Positions 10,667-21,990 of a DNA stretch of 64,000 nt are shown here, one piece after another. The translations under genes and the position numbers were made by a program. The first letter of the stretch is position 1, and each line of letters begins with the position of its first letter. Origin of the DNA: an uncultured Methanosarcinaceae archaeon (lineage in GTDB: Archaea; Halobacteriota; Methanosarcinia; Methanosarcinales; Methanosarcinaceae); NCBI GenBank assembly GCA_963722085.1, contig CAVRNH010000006.1, positions 4,675-68,674 of the forward strand. Direction: 5' to 3'. The notes beneath the pieces were generated by a model. It did not search any database and had not been told where the DNA came from. It saw only the letters and a list, made by a program, of their open reading frames with translations.

Positions 10667-11590
10667 ATGCAAAAACTTCAGGAAACCGCAGAAAAAATCC
10701 GGACAATGGAAATTCGTGGAGCAGGCAGGATTGCAAAAGCTGCTGCTGAGGCCATCAGGGATTACGCAGCAGGCCTGGAAGTAGCTTCAATAGAGGAATT
10801 CAGTACCTGCATTCGGCATGCTTCAAATTTTCTCATCAGTACTCGCCCTACAGCTGTTTCCCTTCCTAACGCTGTAAAACTTGCTTCGAAATACTCATCA
10901 GGAGATATAGAAGAAGCAAGGAAGGAAATCATTGAAAATGCAAATCTCTTTATCGAGAGAGCCGACAAAGCCCTTGGAATAATCGGAAAAATAGGGTCAA
11001 GAAGAATCCAGAGTGGAGACGTTATTATGACCCACTGCAACTCCCATGCCGCTCTTTCCATCATCACAACGGCTTTTAAGGACGGAAAGGACATTTCGGT
11101 AATTGCCACCGAAAGCCGTCCCAAGCGCCAGGGCCTATTGACTATCCGTCACCTAAATAATTTTGGGATTCCAACAACTCTGATAATAGACTCTGCAGTG
11201 CGCTACCACATGAAAAAAGTGGATAAGGTCGTTGTCGGAGCTGATGCCATTGCATCTAATGGCGCACTGGTAAATAAGATAGGAACTTCCCAACTTGCTC
11301 TTGCTGCTCATGAAGCCAGAAAAAGTTTCATGGTAGCTGCCGAAACTTTCAAGTTTAGTCCAAGTACGATTCTCGGAAACCCCATCGAAATCGAAGAAAG
11401 AAGTTCAGATGAAATTATCGATCCTGTGATCCTTGCAGACCTTTCTCAAGTAGAGGTAAGAAACCCGGTTTTTGATTTTACTCCTGCCAAATATATTGAT
11501 ATGATTGTAACAGACATCGGGATAATCTCCCCTGGCATGGCGTATACCATTATAAAAGAGCATCTGGGCTGGGAACCAGAAGAGATTTGA
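10667..11590 (+). CDS. Ribose-1,5-bisphosphate isomerase (eIF2B family)
   Basis: Motifs MEIRGAGRIA, TRPTAVSLPN, MTHCNS, ESRP, GADAI and NKIGT. Confidence 0.88.
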   Translation: MQKLQETAEKIRTMEIRGAGRIAKAAAEAIRDYAAGLEVASIEEFSTCIRHASNFLISTRPTAVSLPNAVKLASKYSSGDIEEARKEIIENANLFIERADKALGIIGKIGSRRIQSGDVIMTHCNSHAALSIITTAFKDGKDISVIATESRPKRQGLLTIRHLNNFGIPTTLIIDSAVRYHMKKVDKVVVGADAIASNGALVNKIGTSQLALAAHEARKSFMVAAETFKFSPSTILGNPIEIEERSSDEIIDPVILADLSQVEVRNPVFDFTPAKYIDMIVTDIGIISPGMAYTIIKEHLGWEPEEI

Positions 11591-11720
11591 GAAATAAAGA
11601 GATCTGAGATGTGAAGAGATTTGGGAGTCTAAAGAGATCTGAGATGTATGAAGAGATTTGGGAGTCTAAAGAGATTTGGGGTGTATGAAGGGATTTGGGA
11701 TATATAAGGAGATTTGAGGA
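11579..11720 (+). repeat. Degenerate tandem repeat with a ~17-20-bp unit (AAGAGATTTGGG/AAGAGATCTGAG), about 8 copies
   Basis: Begins in the last codons of the isomerase gene. Confidence 0.75.
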
Positions 11721-11801
11721 ACAATAATAATCGTTAGTTTTTAGTTATCTTAAATCTCTTTCCATTTTTATTTATCATAATTGTTTTAATTGTCCTGTAA
11801 T

Positions 11802-12560
11802 TTAATAATCTCTAATGATCCCATCCGTAATTAGGAGCACCCTTGAACATTCTTTTGCAACCTCAGGATCATGGGTTACAACAAGAATTGTCTGCCCTTT
11901 TGCGCTTAATTCCTTAAAAATCCTGACAATTGAGTCACGGGTTTTACTGTCCACTTCGCCTGTGGGCTCGTCGGCAAGAATTACGGCAGGTTTGTTTGCA
12001 AGTGCTCTGGCAATTGAAACTCGCTGCTGTTCTCCCCCCGATAGTTCTGAGGGTTTATGATTAAGTCGGTCGCCCAGGCCCAAATCTTCAAGTAAATTCC
12101 TTGCTCTTTCTTCCCTTCCTTTTTTTGAAACTCTGGAGAAGCGCATGGGAAGTTCCACATTCTCAAGGGCAGAAAGCGTGGGAATCAGATTATAATGTTG
12201 AAAAATAAAACCTATTTTCTCTCTTCTCACACTGGGAAGCGATTTTTCAGGCACGGATGTAAGGTCTATTCCATCCAGAATGATTTTTCCGTCAGTAGCT
12301 TTTTCAAGTGTACCGATCAGGGCAAGAAGTGTTGATTTTCCGGAACCTGAAGGTCCCATTATGGCAAGGAGTTCTCCTTTTCTTACTGTTATGGAGGCAC
12401 AGCGAAGAGCGTGAACCTGAATTTTACCCTGGGAATAGGTCTTGGAAAGGTTTTCAACTTGCATTATGATTTTTTGCTCTTCATTTCTGGAATTGCTATA
12501 TTTGTCCTCTTTTTCTAGCTTCCTCACGATTTCCAGTTCTTCAGCTTCCGTTTCAGGCAT
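11802..12560 (-). CDS. ABC transporter ATP-binding protein (LolD/MacB-like)
   Basis: Motifs GPSGSGKST, LSGGEQQRV, LADEPT and VTHD. Confidence 0.93.
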   Translation of the reverse strand: MPETEAEELEIVRKLEKEDKYSNSRNEEQKIIMQVENLSKTYSQGKIQVHALRCASITVRKGELLAIMGPSGSGKSTLLALIGTLEKATDGKIILDGIDLTSVPEKSLPSVRREKIGFIFQHYNLIPTLSALENVELPMRFSRVSKKGREERARNLLEDLGLGDRLNHKPSELSGGEQQRVSIARALANKPAVILADEPTGEVDSKTRDSIVRIFKELSAKGQTILVVTHDPEVAKECSRVLLITDGIIRDY

Positions 12561-12884
12561 GCTTTAAGGCCCCCATGGGCTCATCTTCGAATTCACTCGA
12601 CTGATTCCGAATATATATTTCCGAAGATTAAATTTAATGTCTAATGCCCTTTCCCTTTTATCTACTGTAAATCATAGTGATTTAATCAGACGATTATAAG
12701 CATTTCGTTCATGCAGTTATCTAAAATGTTTAACAAATTTTCATACGGTTTGTTATTAATATTAACTTACTAACAATTCATCCATTAAAATTTCAAAAAT
12801 CCATCTTTATATCCATTCAGCCCAAAACTTTGCACGCAGAATACAATTAATTGACTGTTTTCATGTGTTAGCTATCAAAACTAT

Positions 12885-13233
12885 ACTAGTCATGAAACTT
12901 AATTGTGATCACAATTAGATCAAAACAAATCAGCGAGAATCACTAGAATAATATGATCCACAATTAAGTTTTCATGGTACTAGTCGATTCCAAAATATGT
13001 CAGAAATAAATTTTTGAAAACCACGGAAAGCACAGAAGACACGGAATTAAGATAGTAAGGGTGCAGTCTTTCAGTGATTTCGTGTTTTCCGTGGTTGTAA
13101 TGTCATCAAATCACTGTATGCCCACCTGCGTTTTCCGTGTTACAGAACTCATGGTTACTTTAATGTAAACATTTGCATTCTAAACTACAATTATTTCCAA
13201 ATTATGTATTTATTTGAGAATCGATGCACTAGT
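12885..13233. mobile_element. Two adjoining palindromic MITE-like elements joined at ACTAGT, with a nested palindrome
   Basis: First element ACTAGTCATGAAACTTAATTGTGATC...GATCCACAATTAAGTTTTCATGGTACTAGT (12885-12984). Second element TAGTCGATTCCAAAATA...TATTTGAGAATCGATGCACTAGT (to 13233). Inner palindrome AACCACGGAAAGCAC...GTGTTTTCCGTGGTT (13019-13096). Confidence 0.6.
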
Positions 13234-13341
13234 GTATCTGATACATTTTAACAGATAGTTATTATAAAAACGGTCATGAGATTCTGTGAATAACATGCCC
13301 AAATAATGAAAGTATTCTCAAGTACATTCATACAAAATTAA

Positions 13342-13557
13342 TTAAAAAAGACCTCGCTTTATTCCATCTTCTATAGCATTATTCATTACAGAAAGACCAA
13401 ACTCTCTTCCATAATCTTGAAACTTTAAACAAAATGCTTGAGCAATAAGTAATGAATTTGGTAACCTTCCATCATATTTTTCAGAGATGAAACTACTAAG
13501 ATCGTCTATAACGTGTTCTGGTATTGTTAATTGAGGCATGGTGGCTGATACCTCCAA
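13342..13557 (-). CDS. Small hypothetical protein (probable start MPQLTIP)
   Basis: ORF with GGAGG before the internal ATG and a protein-like composition. Confidence 0.55.
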   Translation of the reverse strand: MEVSATMPQLTIPEHVIDDLSSFISEKYDGRLPNSLLIAQAFCLKFQDYGREFGLSVMNNAIEDGIKRGLF

Positions 13558-14472
13558 TTGGCATTAAAACACAACTAAGTTCATAGATTTTATGAATTGA
13601 AACAAGGATAAAAATCACACGACAAGTCTTTAACCGTAATTAAATTTATCTGTGATATAAATGAATCGATTTGGTTTCGTGTACTTTAGATTGAGGACAT
13701 TTGAGTGCACTATACACAATCAATTCAAAAATATACGTATAATCACCCACACAGTGTAGGAAAATTGATTTTATGGCTTTTTTAATGAGAAAAGGGTTTA
13801 ATATAAATACATAGGCATGCTCTAAAAATTGGGTTTAGGATATTAAATACTCTAGTTAAAGTGTAAAAAGATGGAATTAAGTTCCTAATAATTCCGCAAT
13901 TTTTGCTTCTATATGTTTGATGACATATCCTCAAAAATTGACGATAAATCAAACCCAGGTTTTTCTGTCATGTAGGTAAATTTGTTACCCGAGGAATGTA
14001 AATTCCCGTTTTGACACTTTAAGATATAGGATTTGAAAGATCCTTTTCTTTTTGCATATTTGGAGTTGATACATATTTATCATAATCTCTCAGGCCATAG
14101 GTAATAGAGTGACCGTCTATAACTCCATTTGCTCTCAAGATCGCTTGGTCTACGTTTCTGCCTGACAAATGCACTTTAGAAAACGTTGATGCCTTAACCC
14201 TTCAACATAACAGTTTAAACAAAATCTAGAATCAATTTTTTATTAACTTCAGATATGTTTGAATTTCTTAAGCTTTCCAGTCTTTTATTGAATCCAAATT
14301 GTAGAAATTCCTGTCCATCTCATGCTACTCCTTGAGAGAGGGCATTAAACAAAAAATAAATCAAAGCCTTCAAAGAGCTTCTAATAAAAACTCATCTAAA
14401 TGATAAAGCCCCAAAAGGGCTCTTAAAATCATAGATGGCTTTCTCACTATTACCAGTTATTCAGTTCCCGTT

Positions 14473-15588
14473 TCAGGCATGCTTCAAAGCCTCCATAGGG
14501 CTCATCTTCGAAGCTCTGTACGCAGGGTATAGCCCTGAGAGGGCACCTATCAACAGGGCAAAAAGCATGGCAATTATAAGGAGTCTGGGAGTTATCAGGA
14601 ACAGGACAATCCTCGTATTTGCAAGCCAGGCATTCATAATATAGACAGCCCCGATACCCACCAGGATACCAAGGATTCCACCGAAAAAGCCCATACATGA
14701 GGCTTCTCCGAGGGTCAGGAGTAAAATGTCCCGGGTTTCAGCGCCAATAGCTTTTAAAATTCCAAATTCTCTGGTTCTTTCGGCAACTGACATAAGCATG
14801 GTATTCATCACACAAAGCCCGCCTATGATTGCTGCAAGAAGCCCGGAGCTGATGGTTATTACACTAAATATCATAAAGGACTGCCTTGCCTGCACTGCAA
14901 GTTCTCCGGGAGAAAGGGTGCTTGTGCCTTTTACGCTGAGTTCAATGCGTTTGGAGAGCAGCTCAGCATCCACCCTCTCATCAGGTACGGCAAAAATATA
15001 GGATACGGAATTGCCTACATCGTAAAGATCCTGAGCGGTTCTAAGGGGAATAATTACGGCATTATCAAAAATCGAGCCCGTATAGTCAAGGATTCCTACA
15101 ACGGTGAAATATTTATCATGAATTTCAAATTTGCTGCCTATCTCGAGTTCATACTCCCGTTTGATATTGTTTCCCACAACCACATGGTAGGAATCGCCTG
15201 AATTGAGGAAACGGCCTGCTTTTAGCTCCACAGGATAAAGGGCAACGCTTGATTTTTCCGGAGGAACCCCAAGGATTTGTTTGCCGGTCATTCCCAGCTT
15301 GTCTTCATCAAAAGTAGTCATTAAGATTCCGTAGGCATCTTTTACGCCTGCTACTCTGAGCACATCACTTGCTTTATCGTTTGTAAGTCCCCCTCCGAAA
15401 ACTCCGCTTTCGGCAAATACCCGTATCTTATCGCTGGTTACACTCATGGAACGCTCAAAGGTCTGGTGAAAATTCTCGGACATAGCTCCCATAACTATAA
15501 CCGCAAAAATCCCAAGGGCAATGCCGCAGACTGTCAGCGCACTCCTTATTTTCCTATTCATCATATTTCGGATGATGAGGTCAAACAT
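14473..15588 (-). CDS. ABC transporter permease (MacB/FtsX family)
   Basis: Motifs RSALTVCGIALG, VMNTMLMSVAERTREFGILKAIGA and YPAYRASKMSPMEAL. Confidence 0.92.
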   Translation of the reverse strand: MFDLIIRNMMNRKIRSALTVCGIALGIFAVIVMGAMSENFHQTFERSMSVTSDKIRVFAESGVFGGGLTNDKASDVLRVAGVKDAYGILMTTFDEDKLGMTGKQILGVPPEKSSVALYPVELKAGRFLNSGDSYHVVVGNNIKREYELEIGSKFEIHDKYFTVVGILDYTGSIFDNAVIIPLRTAQDLYDVGNSVSYIFAVPDERVDAELLSKRIELSVKGTSTLSPGELAVQARQSFMIFSVITISSGLLAAIIGGLCVMNTMLMSVAERTREFGILKAIGAETRDILLLTLGEASCMGFFGGILGILVGIGAVYIMNAWLANTRIVLFLITPRLLIIAMLFALLIGALSGLYPAYRASKMSPMEALKHA

Positions 15589-15682
15589 AATGATCCCGCA
15601 CTCGAATTATACAATTGAATCACTCGAATTATGAATCATTCAAATTATACAATTAAATTATATATTCTAAAATTTCAAGATT

Positions 15683-16870
15683 TTACTCCTTTTTTCGTCC
15701 AGGAAAAACACCCAGGAAAAGGAAAATACCCAGGGACAAGAAAACGCCAAGAGCCGTAAGAAAATCAAAGGCAGGGGATTTTTCTACAGGAGTTGCCTCG
15801 GCTGCGGGTTCAAGAACTCGCAGGGCCGTCTCATATATATCCAGTATTTTTCCTTTAAGGTCAACTGCATAAATCTTTACATTATAATCTCCCTTTGGAA
15901 TCCCCTGCCAGACTATTCCTAAAGTATCTTCTTTTCCTGCTGTCAAAATGTCTGCAGTTTCTTCAAATACCCTCACTTCACCCTCTTTTGGAGTTAGCAC
16001 AACCCTTATAACGCCGTCAAAAGGCACCTGAGATTTTCCAATGACAGTGACACTTGCTCCGTACTCGTCTACACGGACATCTTTGTCAACGAATTCTACT
16101 TTTTCCTCTGCTCTGAAATCCGATCTATAGGCTGTAGTAATGTAAGGAGAGTGGGAATGAACTTTCAGGAGGGCCGTATAATTCCTTCCTTTCTCGAGAA
16201 GGATGGGCCAGTAAATTGGCTTGTAATAGGCATCCGTAACAGGAATATTCTCCTGACTTTCCGAGTATACGACATCAGTACCCGACAGGAGTTTCAGGTC
16301 AAGATCTATCACGCTGGGTTCGGGTATCTGCATAGACCTGAGATTTGTAGAGCTTGTCAAAGTTATCAGAACAGAAGCTTTTTCTGAATCCGCAGAAAAG
16401 TCTATAAGTTTTAATTTCGAGAGGATAGGACTTCGGTAGGGAAATGAAAGATTTCTCGAATCAAGAATTTCATCCCCACTCATTACAAAAAGCTGCGCTG
16501 TATAAGATTCCCTATCTTGTCTGAAGTCTTCCTCAAGTCCCCAGAAGAGAACCTTTGTAATCTCCTGACCCTTTTCCACGTGACCAAAAGGGAAGGTTTT
16601 AGATCTAAATCCCTTATTTTCCAAACTTAAAGTAAAAACTAAAGAGACGTTTTCAAGAGGTTGTTCAAACCGAACTGTTGCATCAGAGAGATTATGATCC
16701 GAAAAAAACTCAGTAATAGAGACATTTCCTTTCCCTTGGATTGCCTCATTTGATACCGCTGAAACGGAATTGATCTGACTGCATAAAATAATGAAAAATA
16801 CAAATATGCAAAAAAAAAGGAAGACAGATTCTGTGAATTTAAAGCAATTCTTTTTTTCTGGCAGACCCAA
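15683..16870 (-). CDS. Cell-surface beta-rich protein with a PGF-CTERM-like (PAF) anchor
   Basis: N-terminal hydrophobic segment. The C-terminus KSPAF is followed by a TM helix and RKKE. Confidence 0.7.
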   Translation of the reverse strand: MGLPEKKNCFKFTESVFLFFCIFVFFIILCSQINSVSAVSNEAIQGKGNVSITEFFSDHNLSDATVRFEQPLENVSLVFTLSLENKGFRSKTFPFGHVEKGQEITKVLFWGLEEDFRQDRESYTAQLFVMSGDEILDSRNLSFPYRSPILSKLKLIDFSADSEKASVLITLTSSTNLRSMQIPEPSVIDLDLKLLSGTDVVYSESQENIPVTDAYYKPIYWPILLEKGRNYTALLKVHSHSPYITTAYRSDFRAEEKVEFVDKDVRVDEYGASVTVIGKSQVPFDGVIRVVLTPKEGEVRVFEETADILTAGKEDTLGIVWQGIPKGDYNVKIYAVDLKGKILDIYETALRVLEPAAEATPVEKSPAFDFLTALGVFLSLGIFLFLGVFPGRKKE

Positions 16871-17144
16871 GCCCAGAACCTCCTTCTTTCAAGAACTGCC
16901 GGGAACCAAGGATAGCAGCCCGGCTGATTCTTTGTAATAGGAATGTATGTCGGAACCTATATGTTTAAGTTTTGACTTTCCGGGGGAGAGGGGCCTTAAA
17001 GTTGGATAAGTAGAGGGCTTTAAGTTGGATATTACCTTTTTAGGAATGGTTGAAAAATAACTTCAAGTTTTCACTTTGGAAATGGCTTTATAATCCCGTT
17101 TCCCAAATCGCCATCAAGACAATATCGGTACATAAATACTTGAA

Positions 17145-17228
17145 ATTAAATTTTCGTCATTCCTTAATTGATTTTACTTTTCGTAATTGACTTCATTTTT
17201 CTTAATTGATTTTACTTTCTTACTTAAC
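17145..17228. repeat. Degenerate ~20-bp tandem repeat (TAATTGATTTTACTTT)
   Basis: Visible downstream of pyrH. Confidence 0.55.
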
Positions 17229-17259
17229 CAATCTTCCTGTCATTAAGACTTTTTTAGCC

Positions 17260-17961
17260 TTAATTTTTTGTAGTGATCCAGGTCCCGCAGGATATTGGAG
17301 ATTTCTTGGCCGCCTCCCCTTCCAGGATCTCTCCAAGCAGGGCAGGGTCCCTGGCATCCATTACAAGAGCATCAAGCTTGCAGCGTTCGATAATCTTTGC
17401 GGCCACAGGATCGACAGGAGACTTGGAGCCTGCTTTCATTTCAATTGCCATAACGATATTGATGAGTTTTTCAGGAGATATTTTATCAAATTTTACTGCT
17501 GTGGGATCACAGTTAGGATCTGAGGAATAAACTCCGTCAATAGAGGTTGCAATTATCAGCAGGTCTGCCCGCAGGTACTCTGCAAGAATTGCAGCAACAG
17601 CATCTGTGGTTTGGCCAGGGGTGACACCTCCCATGACTACTACTTTTCCAGGGCGCACAGCCTTTGCAGCCTCAATATAGTTTGTCGGAATTTCTGGGGA
17701 AGCATCGGGTCCGAGAGCCGCAGCAAGCAGTTGCGCGTTCAAGCGAGTAATCTCAATGCCTATATAGTCACAGGTTACTTCATCGGCTCCTATAGCCCGC
17801 GCAGCGCCAATATAGTGCCTGGCTGATTCTCCGCCTCCGGTTATCACAATTAGGGTATGTTTTTTGGAGATGTTTCGGAGGACTTCTGCATATTTTAAAA
17901 AGCGATCCGGATCTAGGTTTTTTGCGAGAATTGAACCGCCTAAAGAGAGTACAATGAGCAT
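17260..17961 (-). CDS. pyrH: UMP kinase
   Basis: Motifs SLGGS, GGGESAR, GGVTPGQTTDAVAA, DGVYSSDP and VDPVAAKII. Confidence 0.93.
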   Translation of the reverse strand: MLIVLSLGGSILAKNLDPDRFLKYAEVLRNISKKHTLIVITGGGESARHYIGAARAIGADEVTCDYIGIEITRLNAQLLAAALGPDASPEIPTNYIEAAKAVRPGKVVVMGGVTPGQTTDAVAAILAEYLRADLLIIATSIDGVYSSDPNCDPTAVKFDKISPEKLINIVMAIEMKAGSKSPVDPVAAKIIERCKLDALVMDARDPALLGEILEGEAAKKSPISCGTWITTKN

Positions 17962-18144
17962 GATGATCTCTACACATTAACAATTTGGCTTTTTAAATGT
18001 ATCGCTGATATATTCTCCTTACATCACCAAAAATCCCATATAACGAGAAACCATAAAGACTCTCCAAACCAATAATTATTGCTTAAGACAGAAAATGTTA
18101 AGCTGCTTATTGCCAGAACAAGTAATTTTGACTCAGGGTGGTAC

Positions 18145-18961
18145 ATGGATCTTACTGACATATTAAGGGCTGTTAAAGAAGGAAAAATGGACATTGAGAC
18201 TGCAGAACAGCAGGCCCGTGGTCTGGGTTTTGTCTCCTATGCAGATATTGCAAAACTTGACTCCCACAGAAAAAGCAGGACAGGAGTAATTGAAGCTATC
18301 CTTGCAGACTGTAAGGAGCCTGAGGATGTGGTAGAGATTGCAAGAGTAATGGTAGCGCAGAGTAGAAGAGCCCTTATTACTCGCGTCTCTCGCAGGGCAT
18401 CTTGAAACCTTAAGAGCGGCATTTGGGCGAGGATAAACTTGAGTGGAATAGTCGGGCCCGCACAGTTGTTATCCACGACGGTACTTCTGCCCCGAAAACC
18501 GGGGGGGTCGTAGGAATCATCTCAGCAGGCACGGCCGATATCCCGGCTGCGGAAGAGGCTCGAGTTGTGGCCTCAGAAATGGGCTGCGAAACTATTACCG
18601 TATACGATGTAGGCGTTGCAGGAATTCACAGACTCATTCCGGAACTCCATAAACTAAAAGGTATGCCATGCCGGGAGCAATCGTTGTTGCAGCCGGAAGG
18701 GAAGGAACACTTCCGACGATCGTTTCTGGACTTGTGGATGTACCTGTGATCGGGCTTCCAGTATCTACAGGCTATGGAGCTGGAGGTAGGGGAAAAGCCG
18801 CGCTGCTGGCAATGCTGCAGTCCTGCTCCCCCATTGCGGTAGTGAATATCGATGCAGGCTTTGTTGCGGGCGCTTATGCAGCCCGGATCGCGAACATGAT
18901 TGCAACTGCTGAGAAACGGGGCAGGGAAGGGAAGGTAGAGCTAGAAAGTAACAGAGAATAA
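18145..18961 (+). pseudogene. larB: Nickel-pincer cofactor protein LarB, frameshifted (or affected by sequence errors)
   Basis: Homologous segments lie in different frames: [59 protein letters not shown]. Shifts occur near 18391, 18425 and 18665. Directly upstream of larC. Confidence 0.82.
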
Positions 18962-19001
18962 ATAGAGAATAAATTGAAAACGCAATACAGGAAGGAGTCT
19001 T

Positions 19002-20192
19002 ATGAAAGCACTTATATTCAATCCTTTTTCAGGGGCAGCAGGAGATATGATCCTTGGGTGCGCTCTCGACCTCGGGGCTGACAGAAAAGCAATTAAGGAA
19101 CTGGTGGAAGCCTCCGTTTCAGTATCTATGGATATAAGAGAAGTTGTAAAAAAGGGGGTGAAAGCCCTGGATGTCCGAATTAAAGTGCCTGATAAAGAAC
19201 CTGTAAGAACGTATCCAGAACTTGTGGATGCTGTAAAGGCTGCAAAATTGCCCCCCAGAGTGGAAATAAGCGCTCTTGATATTTTTTTGAAAATGGCCGA
19301 AGCCGAAGCTTCGGTCCACGGGCAGCCTGACCTTGAGAAACTCCATTTCCATGAGGTAGGGCAGAGTGATGCCCTTGCAGACGTAATCGGTTCGTCGGCA
19401 GCTATCCATGCCCTTAACTGCGATTATGTTTATTGCATGCCTATCAATGTAGGAAGTGGAACAATACAGTGCGCACACGGGATTCTGCCCGTTCCAGCCC
19501 CAGCTACCCTTGAACTTCTTAAGAAAGGGAAACTCTATTTCAGAGGAGGTAGTGAGAAAAAAGAACTTCTTACTCCTACAGGGGCTGCCATTCTGGCCCA
19601 TTTCGCAAGGCCGGTGGAGGCTTTTCCTCAAGGCAGGGCAATTTCTATAGGTTACGGGGCGGGGGACTCAGAACTGGCTGGGCCTAATGTACTTCAGGGA
19701 GTACTTTCTGAACTTGATTCCTGTTTGATTCCGGATATAATCGAGATGCTCGAAACTAATGCTGATGATGTAAGTGGAGAAGTGTTGGGTAATCTGTTTG
19801 AGGAACTTCTTGCATTGGGAGCAAGAGATGTTGCAATTATTCCGGCGACCATGAAAAAAGGCCGTCCTGCTCATGTTATCAAGGTAATTGCAAAACCTGA
19901 GGACACTGCGAAGCTTGCCCGGAAAATTATCACCGAAACCGGTTCCCTGGGAGTAAGGGTTGTCCCTACTCGACACAGGCTCATGGCTGCCCGTAAAATC
20001 GAGATAATCAAATTTGAGGTGGAAGGACAGATTTATGAAACTGCTGTCAAAATCGCCAGGGACTCTGAAGGAATCTTGCTCAATATCTCTGCTGAGTTTG
20101 AGGACTGCAAGAAAATTGCAAAAACTAGCGGTGTCCCTGTAAAAGAGGTCATGAGAAGGGCAGAAGAAGCTGCAAGAAAACTTTTTTCCTGA
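19002..20192 (+). CDS. larC: Nickel insertase LarC
   Basis: Motifs SGAAGDMILG, HFHEVG, AHGILPVPAPAT, TPTGAA, GYGAG and MKKGRP. Confidence 0.92.
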   Translation: MKALIFNPFSGAAGDMILGCALDLGADRKAIKELVEASVSVSMDIREVVKKGVKALDVRIKVPDKEPVRTYPELVDAVKAAKLPPRVEISALDIFLKMAEAEASVHGQPDLEKLHFHEVGQSDALADVIGSSAAIHALNCDYVYCMPINVGSGTIQCAHGILPVPAPATLELLKKGKLYFRGGSEKKELLTPTGAAILAHFARPVEAFPQGRAISIGYGAGDSELAGPNVLQGVLSELDSCLIPDIIEMLETNADDVSGEVLGNLFEELLALGARDVAIIPATMKKGRPAHVIKVIAKPEDTAKLARKIITETGSLGVRVVPTRHRLMAARKIEIIKFEVEGQIYETAVKIARDSEGILLNISAEFEDCKKIAKTSGVPVKEVMRRAEEAARKLFS

Positions 20193-20457
20193 AATTTAAA
20201 ATAAGAGCACTAGGAAACAAAAACAGAAGAAATAAGCTTTATAAATCCTTTTGTCTGCGATTTCTTTTGTCCATAAGCTCTTTAATCTATAGGCTATTTC
20301 ACCTATAAACTTTTTAACTATTAAAGGACCTCATAAGTTAGAGCAAGCTTCAAAAAAGTAAAGTAGAGAAGTAAAAGTCTAAATCTAAGGTTTTTACCTC
20401 TCATTTCAATTCTTTATTTGACTCAGAATTCTTAATAAGAATCCGTACTTTATAAGT

Positions 20458-21486
20458 TCAGAGTTTGCCCATTGAATGCAAGAGTTCTGCATTCAGGACA
20501 CTTGCCCCTGCGGCTCCGCGGATGGTGTTATGTCCCATGGCGATATAGCGAATTCCTTCTCTTATCCGGCCCACTGAGACACTCATGCCTTTTCCCATAT
20601 TGCGGTCAAGACGCGGCTGAGGCCTGTCGACCTCATCTCTTACGATCAGGGCTTTTTTAGGTTCGGATGGGAGTTCCCCCAGCTTAGGGTCGAAGTTCAG
20701 GAAGGCTTCCCTTACTTCTTCAGGTGTTGGTTTATCTCTCATTCCAGCCCATATAGCTTCAGTATGTCCGTCGACAACTGGCACCCTGTGGCAGGAAGCG
20801 CTGACTCTTATATCTGCAGGCAAGACTTCGGAACCGTTAAACTCCCCGAGAAGTTTTAAAGTTTCGGTCTCCATTTTCTGTTCTTCGCTTCCGATATAGG
20901 GAATTACATTGTCATAAATTGCCATTGCGGCAACTCCGGAAAAACCTGCTCCTGATATCGCTTGCATTGTGGCTACCTGTATGGTTTCGAGCCCAAACTG
21001 CATAAGAGGTCTTAAGGTAACTGTCATGACAATAGTGGAGCAATTGGGGTTTGTTATGATATATCCATCCCATCCCCTTGTATCCTGCTGGACCTCAAGA
21101 AGTCCCAGGTGCTCGGGATTTACCTCAGGGATTACTAAGGGAATATCTTTTTCCATCCTGAAAGATGATGCATTGCTTGCCACTGCAAACCCGGCTTTTG
21201 CAAATTCAGGCTCTACTGTGAGAGCAAGGTCTGCAGGAAGCGCCGAGAAAACAACATCTGCATCTACGGCTTTTGGGTCTACAGGGACAACTTCAATGTT
21301 TTCAACACTTTCCGGCATAGCTGTTTCTAGCCGCCAGCCTGCCGCTTCTTTGTATGTTTTGCCGGCGCTTCTCTCTGATGCTGCAAGGGCTGTAATCTCA
21401 AACCAGGGATGGTTTGCCAGTGCTTCTACAAATCTCTGCCCAACAGCGCCTGTAGCGCCTAAAATACCCGCTTTAATTGCTACCAT
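20458..21486 (-). CDS. asd: Aspartate-semialdehyde dehydrogenase
   Basis: Motifs [32 protein letters not shown] and HNTIRGAAG. Confidence 0.95.
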   Translation of the reverse strand: MVAIKAGILGATGAVGQRFVEALANHPWFEITALAASERSAGKTYKEAAGWRLETAMPESVENIEVVPVDPKAVDADVVFSALPADLALTVEPEFAKAGFAVASNASSFRMEKDIPLVIPEVNPEHLGLLEVQQDTRGWDGYIITNPNCSTIVMTVTLRPLMQFGLETIQVATMQAISGAGFSGVAAMAIYDNVIPYIGSEEQKMETETLKLLGEFNGSEVLPADIRVSASCHRVPVVDGHTEAIWAGMRDKPTPEEVREAFLNFDPKLGELPSEPKKALIVRDEVDRPQPRLDRNMGKGMSVSVGRIREGIRYIAMGHNTIRGAAGASVLNAELLHSMGKL

Positions 21487-21578
21487 CTAAAAAGATCCCT
21501 CCGGCAAGAGAAGAAATAATCTAACGTGAGAAAAAGAAAAAATGGAATAAAAAAACTTATTCCAAGTTAATTGTCGTT

Positions 21579-21761
21579 TTACTCTTCTACCTTAATTGCC
21601 TGGTTTGGACATGCTTCTTCGCATGCACCGCACTCTACACATTCGTCATTGTCGATTACTGCGATTCCCTTTTCTTCATCAAGAGTAATTGCTTCAGAGG
21701 GACATTCATCGACACAGCTTCCACATCCGGAACATTCATCTGCATTAACTGTAGCTGGCAT
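21579..21761 (-). CDS. 2[4Fe-4S] ferredoxin, 60 aa
   Basis: Two CxxCxxCxxxCP motifs. Start at MPATV. Confidence 0.93.
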   Translation of the reverse strand: MPATVNADECSGCGSCVDECPSEAITLDEEKGIAVIDNDECVECGACEEACPNQAIKVEE

Positions 21762-21990
21762 ATTTTTCACGCTCCATATTATTGCTCGATATGACCTGGA
21801 AATTAGATACGTCGTTTTTGAAACTTCCATAGAATATCGAAAAGTTTGGTCATAACGCCATTACTCAGATTAACATAAAAACTTATCGCTTTTTAGTAAA
21901 GGGCATCCTTGAAAATCAGGATGGAGTAAGGTATAGACTATAAAAAGTTATGTCTTTATATATAAAGAGAAAAAATAGAAAAACATTTAT

